From the human T2T-CHM13v2.0 reference genome, Homo sapiens: a stretch of DNA of 64,000 bases. The position numbers and the translations under genes were made by a program. Positions 25,850 through 37,140 of the stretch are shown here, one piece after another (the first letter of the stretch is position 1; each line of letters starts with the position of its first letter). The notes under the pieces were generated by a model. It worked only from the letters and a program-made list of their open reading frames with translations, was not told the origin of the DNA and did not search any database. The stretch is from assembly GCF_009914755.1 (NCBI RefSeq), contig NC_060930.1; one strand, given 5' to 3'.

Positions 25850-25921
25850 TAGGGGTTTAACAACAGGATCATAGTCTGGCATAGGAGAGGTTGCCCATTT
25901 ATGGAGTGGTCTATTGTATGG

Positions 25922-25998
25922 GAAGAAGGAAGGATAGAAAGAAAGAGACAGAGAGGTAGAGACAGAGAGAGGAAGAGACAGAGAGATAGAGACAGAGA
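25922..25998 (+). repeat. (GA/GACA)-rich simple repeat
   Basis: GAAAGAAAGAGACAGAGAGGTAGAGACAGAGAGAGG... Confidence 0.85.
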
Positions 25999-26859
25999 TG
26001 AACTTGTTGCCTCCATATTCTCTGTCTCCAAGTCAGCAATGGGCCTCCTTCCCTTTGGGAAACTTCTTGACTGCCCGGCTCTCAGGTGCCCGTGGTACAC
26101 CTTGCCAGTTAGATTCCTCCTGTGCTGACCCTTCTCTGCTCTGGGTTTGTATCTGTTTCAGGGTGACTGTCTCATTTAATCCTATAATGTTCACAAAGAG
26201 CTCAGCACGATGTCTGGCACATGGTTTAGGACTTGGGAACTGGTGGTCTTCAGTATCCATCTCCCCAGCAGCTTGCTGGGCTCTCTGAGGGCAAGAATTG
26301 TGGCTTCTATGTCCCTTCAGTGTGGCTCCAACTCCTGGGAAAGCCCCAGGCACATGGGGAGGGGGCAGGGAGGACAGTGGATGGGGTAGTGGGTCGGGGC
26401 CCTTACATAGTCAATGCGTCAGCACCCCAAACTCTGGCCCTCTGGTTAGGTCTCTATTAGGGAAATGGCCCTGGGCTGGGTCTAGGGGGGTCACTGGACC
26501 TTGGTGCCGAACCACAGCTGGGAATGCCAGCATCACTAGCAAATTCAGCATGGGCCTGGGGAACAAGGCTGCTGGGACCCCCTGCCAGTGAGGAGGACTG
26601 AGCAGCAGCCAGGCACGTTGCCTCCTCCCCACCTCCTTCTCAGCCTTATAATTCCCAAGATTCCTGTTGTTTTTCCAGACCCCAGACCTCCCTGTCTGTG
26701 CGCTTTCAGGAGTGCTGAGTGTGGGCGGCTCCCAGGCCCATGCCGATGATGCCCTCCTTCTTTTCCTTTCCAGGCTAAAATGACTTCCTCAGACCTGGAT
26801 GTGTCTTCATGGCTTCGCTGTTCCTGCATGCTATGGTTGAGGGTTTCTGTTCTCTAATG

Positions 26860-27003
26860 CAGTGGTTCTCAAACTTGAGTGATGTATGCTCAAGTGCAGA
26901 AATCAGAGTTTTTGATCCAGCAGGTGTGGGGTGGGGCCTGAGAACCTGCATGTCTAACACATTCCCAGGCCATGTTCATGCTGCTGGGCTGGAACCACTC
27001 TTT
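26860..27003. mobile_element. MER5A
   Basis: CAGTGGTTCTCAAACTT...GGGGTGGGGCCTGAGAACCTGCATGTCTAACA. Confidence 0.8.
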
Positions 27004-27287
27004 CAGATCCAAAGCTTTGATCTCTCCTCCCGGGGCTCAGCCTGTGTCTTCTTTCCTACATGATGGGGAGCAGAGAAGGCAGGGGGCATCTTCTTCCTTC
27101 TTTGCACAAGCCCTAAAAAACACTTAGATCATAGTGACCTTGATGGTGACAGTAGGAAGTCCATATTTGAGTTGCCTTTGGCCAAAGGGCATGGCAAGAC
27201 TTACAGAGGGAAGAGCAGATACAATGTCCTGTCTTCAGCACATCATAAAAATAAAAACAGATGAAAGCTGGAGAGGATGTCAGAGTA

Positions 27288-28438
27288 GAGTCATGCATCA
27301 CCTAACGATGGGGACACATCCTGAGAAATGCATTGTTGAGCAATTTTGTCATGTGAAACATCATAGAGTACACTTACACATACCTAGATGGTCTAGCCTG
27401 CTATACACCTAGGCTATGAACACATACAGTGTGTTACTCTACTGAATACTGGAGGCAATTGTAACACAGTGGTAAGTATTTGTATGTCTAACATACAAAA
27501 CATATGTAAATATAGAAAAGGTACAGTACAAATACGGTATGAATGATAAAAAATGGTACACCTATAGAGAGCACTTACCATGAATGGAGCTTGCAGGACT
27601 GGAAGTTGCTTTGGGTACGTCAGTGAGTGAGTGTGTGAGTGTGTAGGTCTGGGACATTGCTGTGCACTACTGTAGACCCTATAAACACTGTGCATTTAGG
27701 CTACACTACATTTATTTTAAACATTTCTTTTTTCAGTAATAAATTAACCATAGCTTAATACAGCTTTTTTACCCTATAAACTTAAAAAAATCTTAAAAAC
27801 TTTTTGACTCTTTTGTGAACACAGCTTAAAACACAAACGCATGGTACAGCTCTACAAAAATATTTTCTTTTTTACGTCCTTATTCTATAAGCTGTTTTCT
27901 GTTTTTAAATTTAATTTTTTTTTTGTGAAAAACGAAGACACAAACATATATGGTAGCCTAGGCCTATTTGAGGTCAGGATCATTAACATCCACTGCCTTC
28001 CACCTCCACATCTTCTGCACTGGAAGGTCTTCAGGGGCAGTAACAGGCATGGAGCTGTCATCTCCTATGACAACAATGCCTTCTTCCGGATACCTTCTGA
28101 CGGGCCTGCCTGAGGCTGTTTTACAGTTAACATAAAAGTGTAAGGAGTATACTCTAAAATAACAATAAAAAGTATAGTAAATACATAAACCAGTATCATA
28201 GTGGTTTACGATCATTATCAAGTATTATGTACTGTACATCACTGTATATGCTGTACTTTTATGTGGCTGGTAATGCAGTAGGTTTGTTTATACCAGCATC
28301 ACCACAAACGTGAGTAATGCATTGCACTACAATGTCACTAGGCGCTAGGAATTTTTCAGCTCCATTATCATCTTACGGGACCACCGTTATATGTGCAGTT
28401 TATCGTTGGCTGAAACATCATTATGCGGTACATGACTG
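27288..28438. mobile_element. Tigger3 (Golem/MER7-type) non-autonomous DNA transposon, near full length
   Basis: Termini TA-GAGTCATGCA and GTACATGACTG-TA (inverted ends, TA target duplication); internal CTAGATGGTCTAGCC, CCATGAATGGAGCTTGCAGGACTGGAAGTTGCT. Confidence 0.9.
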
Positions 28439-30199
28439 TATAAAACTAAATAGGTAGTTTCATGAGAGAAATAATCAGAAGTTACTACGCTGTTTTAACT
28501 GAGCATCAGTAATAACGTTAATTTTGATTTTGGAAGTAACCCATGTAAAAAGAACTCTGCAAATTACATAGGTCAGACGAGATAGTAAATGTAGCTTTTC
28601 TGGCAGTGTTCTAGAATGTTTATTCAGATTCAGCTCAATCTTGTGGTCAAGCTGGGTCTGACAAAAGGTCCTTAAGAGTTCTTTAACACACTCTACCCTC
28701 AAACCTATCCTATGAGGTAGACATTGTCATTCTCATTTTACAGATGAAGAAACAGGCTTAGCAGTTGTATGGTGGATCCTGGATTCCAACAATCTTTTTA
28801 CTCCAACTCAGACTTTGGAACCTGAAGTGAGGTGTTTTTTGTTTTTTTGTTTTTTTAACACAACACCACAGGTGAATGCTAATTAAGATTCCCCTGAACA
28901 ATTTCTAGCCAAATCGCAGACACATGAGGCTGGATGAAGGCTAGGGCAAGCTCTTCTCTTGCTTGGGGTGTGAACTCCATTGACTTTAGCTTGCCCTGCA
29001 AGGAAAAGTCCAGCATATGTACCATCAGAAATGACAGATTTGGAAACAGAGTCCTATACAGACTTATCTGAGCTTTAGACAGGCAAGATTGATCAGGGTA
29101 GCAGATCTACTGTGATCACTTTTAATTGTTCTTCAGCATCTGGCAAAGTGTGTGTTTAAACAAGCCAGGTATGCTGCTTGCTGCTTGCTGCTTGCTCTGA
29201 GAGATTAGGGATAGTGCTGCATCCAGCTGGGCCACCCTCAGCCCACCCTGGGCCAGATGGGTATTAAGTAAGGGAAGCATCTGCATCATGTGAGTGTTTA
29301 CAGATGCCATATGAATAGACCCCATTGGAAACCAACTGAGCCACAGACGGTGCACCATGGCCTCCTGGAACTGTCACTGGGTCCCAGATTTGTGGTCTGG
29401 GTATCATTCCAGTGGAAGTTTATTGCTCCATAAAGAATTTAGGCAGGAAGTAAGATAGATCGTGGATTAGATAGTGACCTTTTGAGTTGGAATGGATGAG
29501 TGCTGCTCATGGTAGGGATGAGAATGAAGAAGGAGGAGGAAGGTGGGGGCGGATGGGGTTTTGATGATTGGAGGTGACAGAGGATGGTGACAGCAGTGGT
29601 TGGGGGGATGGTGGTATAGGAGATGGACGTTGTAGGAAGCTGGTTATTGGGATGATGGGCTGAGTAGCTCAGGGAACCAGCTGGAAAGTCCAAAGCCAGG
29701 GATAGGAATTTGATCATGGTTGGGGGTGGCTAGGGAGGTGAGAGGGTTGCTTGGGGGAGGCATTGCTTTCTGATCACCCGCTCCTGCTTCCAAAGGTGCC
29801 TGTTGAGGGTATTTACCAAACTTGCCCCAACAGCCCAGCTGGGAGGTCCTTCCTGGCTGAGATTTAGCAAACCTGTTTCCCTAGGAGGCCTCTCTTACCA
29901 CAACAGACAGATGGGTGCTGATGTCAGCAGCAGTGCAAAGCTGTAAGTCAGCACTAATGGGGGTGGTACCTGAGGGCCAATGAGAGAGAGAGCTCTGCCC
30001 AGCTTGGCCTCCTCTGAGACCCACCCCAATGGGAAGACAAGGTAAGAAGCCCATCCTGGGCTTCCTGGCCAGGTTCCTGGAATAGGTGGCAGGTTCATGG
30101 TGGGTGACTGGGGCTCAAATTTGGCATCTCTGGGACACGGGAATTGGAAGGGCTTGTCATGGGCCATCTGGTTTAAGCCTATGCAGAGAAAAGAAAGGC

Positions 30200-30490
30200 A
30201 TTAGGATTCCCATTACCTAGATGAGGAAACTGAGGCCTTGGGAGGGGGAGAGTTGTACCTAAGGTTAGCTGGAGAAGCAGCAGCAGAATCAGGCTCAGAA
30301 CTTCTGTAAGAGCACCTCCATTTGTGTACAAGGGTGGGAGTATGGGGCAGTGAGCTCACCAGGACAGGAATCAGCAGACCTAGGCAGGCTGTTTCCTCTT
30401 CTGCAAAATGGGAGTGCCAAAAAGTTGCTCCTAGGGTGTGGAGAGGATTAGACGAGATGGGCATAAGTAAAGCACCCTATGAACATTAAT
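30200..30490. mobile_element. Two MIR fragments in opposite orientation
   Basis: AGATGAGGAAACTGAGGC (minus) and TTTCCTCTTCTGCAAAATGGG...GAGGATTAGACGAG (plus). Confidence 0.65.
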
Positions 30491-31494
30491 TTCCTTTTCC
30501 CCACAGATCATTTGTCCTGGGTGGGAGTCTTCAGTGCACCTCAGTGTGTGTTTGTGTGTGCATGAGTGAGTATGCTGTGTGTGTGAAAGCATGCACAAGC
30601 CCCTCCGTGTGTATGTGTTAGTATGTATGTGAGTGTGTGATTTGCAAATCCTGACCAGGCGGCCATTGTGAGGGGAAGTGGCAATGTTTACCGACCTTGG
30701 GAGGTATTAGAGGTTGGAGCCTCTAGGATTGGCCTGGCATGGGCTGAGGTGGCGGGACTGGAGTTGGAGGTGCTCTGGATCCCCCAGGCTTCTGTAAACC
30801 CTGAAAGCTGCTGCTCTGGACACTAACAGGGCAGGGCAGGGTCACGCAGCTCCTGTTAGGGGCTTAGGCAAAGTCATCAAGTGACTCGGAGTAGGTCTTT
30901 AGGAGGTCCCCCTGGGCATTTGTTGGGGAGTCCAGCCAGGGGTGTCTGAGCAGAGATGAGGGAATGGGCTGGAGGGCACCAGGGAGAGGAGAAGAAGCAG
31001 GGCTCCTCTCTCTGCCTCTTCAGGGCAAAGAATTCTGCTTTCTTTGTAGCTGGAGGTGACCTCAACTTCCTCCCCTTGCTCTGGGAAGAGGCCTGAATAT
31101 AAGTCAAGTCATTTGTGCTAATCGTTGACATTTTTGAGACGTGCCTTCCCTGGGAGTTTGGGGGCCTAGTATGCAAATCTATGCACATTATGTGACATCA
31201 ACAGAAAAATTGGAACCTCAGGGAATTGCTGGAGCAGAGAGGTTCTCCTTCAGAACTGCTTCTAAGCTGCCTATAATTCCCCCCATTAAATTCACAGAGG
31301 CAAAATGTGTTAGATCCTGGAGGGTCAAGACTGAGGCCAGATCACAATGGCCTTTCAGTCCACGGTCTCACTTTACAGATGAGGAAAGTGAGGCCCAGAG
31401 GGGAGGCATGACTTGCTTGAGATTATACAGTCAGTGGCAATGCTGGGGTCAGACCTGGCCCAGGATCATCCAGATTCATTTTTTGACTTAATAT

Positions 31495-31538
31495 GCACAA
31501 CACACACACACACACGCACACAGACACACACACACACA
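31495..31538 (+). repeat. (CA)n microsatellite
   Basis: Interrupted CA run. Confidence 0.9.
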
Positions 31539-34014
31539 GCCTATCCTTCGCACAGTACCCACAGCTTTATTTTGCTTCACAGCAGTACCTGACCTTGCAT
31601 GTTTACATTTCCTTCTCCTTCTGCCTGACCAGAATAAAGCTCCATAGGGGTGAGAAGTGTGCTTGTTTTTTCATGTTGTATTCACTGTCGTATCGTCAGC
31701 ATCTAAAACACAGAATGGTGGGATTCATTCATTCATTTGCTGGTCGCCTCTCTGATGTGCCCTCTCCATTCCAGACCCTGGTGAAACAGAAAGGTGTCAG
31801 ACCTGGCCCCTAGACCCTGGCTCAGGTGGCTTCAGGCCCTTTCTTCTGGGCCCCAGTTGCCTGGGGGGTGGGAGGGATCCCCTCACCCAGGTCCCACTGG
31901 CGCTGACTCTGGAAGCTCACCCCAGGGGAGGAGAAGCTAGGGATGAGAATTAAGAGTCCTCTCCAAGGAACTCCCAGAGCAGAATCAGGGAAGCCCCCAC
32001 GGCACTGAGGAGAGTGGGAGTGTGAACACAGTAGCTTGTGACCAGGGAGGTGGCAGTGGGGAGGAAGGTAGAAGCTCATTTGGGAGGCAGGGTGTGGGGA
32101 CTTGGAGGGGAATCCTAGGAGGAGAGGGTGAACGAGTACTGTGGAGGCTCTGGGCACTGGGTGTCTAGGGCAGGCTGTGCAGGTGGGGCTGACAGAGAAA
32201 GAACACTGCCATTTATTGACATTTGGGGTAGGCTGCAGAGTGGGGGCTGGTGTAGAGAGGCAAAAGGCCAGACTCCAGTCCCTGCACTTCATATGGGCAG
32301 AGTGGCGAGGCGTTACATAAGCCCCAAAAAGAGCTTTGGTCGAAGGCTTAATTTTCTCATCTGTAAAGTGGGGATGATAACATGAACCTGGGCATGGGGG
32401 CCTCGTGTCAGGAGGGAGGTGAGTCTCATATGAAGTAATCTGTCTGAACACCCTCAGCCCACTGCTGGACCCCCAAACATGAGCTGGCCTGTCTTCCCAG
32501 TCCTTTCTCCCTTTTCCCAGGGTACATTCTCTGGGAAGTGGGGCCCTGTGGCTGCTGCCCTGTGGAGGGGCCAGTCCCCATCCTCTCTGCTCCCCAGCCC
32601 CTGTATGTTCATTTGCCCAAGAGGTCACCCAGTTTCCTCTGTCCTAGTTGACCAGAACCCTCTGGACTCTGTGGGTGCTACGGGTTTTCTGGCCTGGACC
32701 CACGCCTCCGCCTCGCTGGGGGCTATGAGCAAGAGAGCAGCAGACCAGATTTTGCAAGCCTGAAATAGTTTATGGCCAGGCTGAGGCCGGGAGGAAGGAG
32801 GGCATGGCCCCAGGAATGCAGGAGGAATGCCTGGGAGGCCCGTTCCGTCCCCCACCCATCCTCAACTCCCCAGGGGGAAGGAGTACAGGCCTCAGGATTA
32901 CCGGGCACTGGGCAGAGAGAGGGAAATGGTCTGGGCCCTGAGCATTCCTGGGGCTGGGGTGGTCGCAGGGCCAGTGAACGGGTGTGTATGTGGGGTGGTC
33001 TTCCTGCAGACAGGAGTATCATCTCCTCCAAGGAGGCCACCTGGATTAGACTTCTCTGTCTACTCCATTCAGTCTTTCCTACTTACTTGCCTGTAGCACC
33101 AAGGATACATATCTTCATTGCTGTGTGCTTGAGAGCAGTGGGGGTTGTTTTTCTACTTGATGCAGGGCCTCTCTGTCTCCACTGTCAAACTGGGAGCTCC
33201 CTGAGGTCAGGGTTTGTGTTTTCCTTTCAGATTGAGAATTCCTTAAGGATTGAGGCTATGAATCTCCCATAGAGTAGAAGCCCACACATGCTTCCCATGC
33301 CAGAATGGGGTGGAACTGGAACGACAAGATGCAGTCTTCACCCCCATTCCTTTAGACCCAAGATGGGATCTCCTTCAATCCTGGCTGGAAAGTGGGATAG
33401 CGTTCGGAGGGCCAGTTGAGTCCTGTGGACCAGACAGCGGCCTATGAACAGCATTGGCCCTCCCATTTCCAACCATGTGAACACCTGCGGCCCCTATGTG
33501 GAGGCCAGAGGAAGGCAGGCCCCCGTTACCCATCTGGACAGTCCACTTGGCCCTGCTGGTATCATACCTTGGGCTTGCCCCCTCTGTATGTGGCCTGGGG
33601 TCTATTCCAGGAAGGGGTGGGCAGCAGAGGGTTGAGAGTGGACAGGCCACAGTGCTCCAGGCTGTTAATGATACCTGCATTTTCCTGGGCCCTATGGCCA
33701 GGCCGTCACCTTCCCTTTCATGTTTGGCTCTGTCTCAGTGAGCCAGTAGGTGAGGTGGGGGCTAGGAGGGAGCCCCAGGGTAGGGGCAGCCAGGCAGGCA
33801 CAGAAGGAGGCAGATGATTGGTGCCTGGCCAAAGTCACAAGGTTCTAGCACCCTCCATTTCCATCAATGCCCCAGCTCTATTATGGAAGACACAAGTTGC
33901 CAAAACTCCGGCAACTCTGGCTGGTCACACCCTGTCCTTTTGTGGACACAGCTCTCTGGCCTCCATGGGCAGGACATCTATTTCCAATTCCCGCATGCAC
34001 TCCTAGACCAGCCT

Positions 34015-34420
34015 CATTTAGGTCAGTCTGTGGTCAGGGTCATGGACAATCTCTGCAGGGTTGGGCCAGTCTGTGGTTAGAATTAAGGGTCTGAGATCTG
34101 GGTTTAGGGTCAGGCTCTGACCAGGGTTATGTGTCAGCCTGTTTTCTGGGTTAAAGGGATTAGACTTTGACTAGGTAGGACTAAGGGTCAGTCTGTACCC
34201 AGGACCAGCGTTAAGTTTATACCGAGAAGTAGGAGGTCAGTCTGTATCCAAGCTTAGGAACCAATCTGTACCCAGGACAAGGAATATGGATCCCTAATCC
34301 AGGACTGTACCTAGGATTAGGGATCAGTCTATACCTAGGATTAAGAGCCAGTTTGTATCCAGGATCAAGGATCAGACTGTACCCAGAAATGGAGTAATCT
34401 ATACCCAGAATAGGAGTCAA
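34015..34420 (+). repeat. Degenerate 24-bp tandem array (~16 units)
   Basis: Consecutive units such as GGTCAGTCTGTATCCAAGCTTAGG (34235), AACCAATCTGTACCCAGGACAAGG (34259) and GATCAGTCTATACCTAGGATTAAG (34322). Confidence 0.8.
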
Positions 34421-34870
34421 TGAGCATTGAGGGGTAGGCGTGTGTTTTGCACTGAAACTGAACCTATGACTAGGCCACAGAAGGTTACCCTAGCCCAGCT
34501 GGGCATAGAAGGCAGAGAATACAGTTTGCAGTTTGAAGGGGAAAGAGTTTGATGATCCCCTGGCCACCTACTCTGGGTACCCACCTGCAGGAGTTACCTG
34601 GGGCAAAGTGGGGCACTTCATCACTCCCAGCCTTAGCTTCAGCTTGAGGAGTCACAAGGAACACCAGCCTGAGCCGCATGGGGACAAAGTGTGGTGCCCA
34701 GGCAAGGTCCAGTGAGTGGCTCAGAGGCAACATTGCCCAGTTCTATAGCCAGGAAGAATCCTGAGCAACTCCACCACAGATGGCGCTTCTGTTTGCACTG
34801 CACTTCTCGAAACTCATTCACCAACAGTTCATTCTGCAAATATTTCCCAAATACCTGCCATGCTTTAGGC

Positions 34871-35055
34871 CAGAGGTTCTCAAAATTGAGTGCACAGAAG
34901 AATCAACTGGGTAGCTTGTGAAAAAGGCTGACTCCTGGGCCCCACTCTTGGGTATTCTGGAGCAGAAAGGCGATAGGAGCTGCCCAGGAATCTGCACTTT
35001 TAATAAAGTTTCCTAGTGATTCTGCTGTGGTAGTTTAGAGCCATGCTCTTGGGAC
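34871..35055. mobile_element. MER5A/B
   Basis: CAGAGGTTCTCAAA...GAATCAACTGGG...CCAGGAATCTGCACTTTTAATAA. Confidence 0.75.
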
Positions 35056-35369
35056 CTGTCCTCAAAAGGCCCATCAAGTTAAAAAAGGATTGCAGGAAAC
35101 ACCCATAATGCTGTCTGGTGAGTTCAGCAAGCCGGTGGGCATCTTCCAGGGCATCTGGAAGAAAAGGTATGCATGGCTGTTTTCAGAGAAGACCCAAGAA
35201 GACCTTGTGAGGAAGCAACAGGGAATTTCTGCCTCATTGTTGAAGAAAACTTGGTTGTCTTTTTGCAAAAATTGTATGGAACGTACCTGTCTAGCCACCC
35301 CAAAGCCTTTTCACATGATTGGCAAGGTAGAATTCCAGCAAGCACACAAAAGATTAGGTCTGAGAGTAG

Positions 35370-35689
<320 letters not shown>

Positions 35690-36609
35690 GCAAAGCATAA
35701 TTAATACATTAAATGGGGCAAAGGAAAAGAATGCATCTAAAACTGCTGTCTTCGTCTGGTGGTAAGGAAGGAACAATGCACGACAGCCATTAGTATTAAT
35801 AACTCACCAATTGTCTATAAACAGTCATCCTGAAAAGCACTGCTCGAGCAGTGCAGTCAGCTTTGTTTAAACCATGGCCTTGTGCTTTGTCCCACTCTCC
35901 CTGCATAGTTTCACCAGCTAAGACCTTTGTCTGCAGTTGGTATATTTGTAACAACAGGGTGTGTGCGTGTTTTCATTTCCCGGATATTACCATATTGATT
36001 ACACTTTTGCAGACAGCACATTTCTCTCTCCTACCTGCTCCTTGGTTAAGAATCCTGGTGCTGAAGCGCTCAGTCATCTTGAGGACCTCACTGAAGGCAG
36101 GGAGGTCATAAAGGATGACTGTCCCCTCTGGGGCTGACCGCCATGTGTCATGCTTCTGGAAGTTTCCAGAAATATTTCTTTATTGAATGTTTCCATTCTT
36201 CCTTCTCAAAGTGAACAGATTTCTGGGCCTTTCTGCTCCCTATGGGGCAGGAGCTTGAGGTATTGTGCTGCTCAGAGGTGGGGACAGGACTGGACTATGT
36301 CCCAGGAGCTCCTGGAGGCAATACCCTTTCTGGCTGGTCCTGAGATTCCAGATCCTCATGCACAGAGGGCTGGAGGTGACCTTCCATTTCTCTAAGCTGG
36401 GCTGTGAGGCACCTGGGTCACAGACCCCACAGGAAGTGGATACTGCCAGGAAGTTCTTATGTTTATCCCAGTTCAATTCTACCTTGTTGGTTTCAGCCCA
36501 GAGTTTCCAGAGAGGTAGGGATTTTCTGGGGTTCTCCAGCTGGGAGGGGACATCCACAGCTCCCCTGGACACTCCCATGCCTCCAGAGGCTCCCTCCCCA
36601 GGGCATCTC

Positions 36610-37140
36610 TTCATTTCATTCATTCATTAATTCAACAAACGTTCACTGAACACCCATTGGGCACCCAGTACAGTGCTAGGCACAGGGACCCAGAGGTGGA
36701 AGGATGGTTCATGGTATAGACAAGTGGATGGCAAAGAAGCAGATCATTTTTCTCTAGTATGGTACGAGTATGCCAAGGGATTATAGGGGATAGGAGGGGG
36801 ACCTGCTTCAGTCTTAGCGGGTCTATAGAAGGCAGGGAAGTCTACATGAAAGTGGTCATACTTTATCTGAGTTTTAAATTAGAGAAGTGGGGAGTGTGCT
36901 GGGGATGTCCGGGTAGAGAATACAGCCTGCACGTAAGCCTGGAGGCTAGAAACCACATGGCGAGGGCTGCTTTAGAAACCACCTGCTAGGGGCTAGATCC
37001 TGAGGTTCAAAGCAGGGAGAGTGTGGGCTCAGGCTGGAGAGGCCTGCAGGGGTGACATCGCAGCAGTGTGGTGGGGAACTGGGGTAATGGGGAGCCATAG
37101 CAGATGTCTGCTGGAAGGGAATGACCTAGTCAGATCTGTC
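36610..37140 (-). mobile_element. L2 3' region
   Basis: TTCATTCATTCATTAATTCAACAAACGTTCACTGAACACC...GTGCTAGGCACAGGG. Confidence 0.75.

Noticed and set aside
31822-32628. 268-aa minus-strand ORF (and the similar 238-aa ORF at 57364-58080)
   Set aside because: It contains MIR-derived text (HPHFTDEKIK) and has Pro/Ser/Gly-rich random composition, with no recognisable homology.
34773-34787. CTCF-like ACCACAGATGGCGCT
   Set aside because: The 3' half matches well but the 5' CCAS positions mismatch. It is a single isolated hit and cannot be supported without ChIP data.
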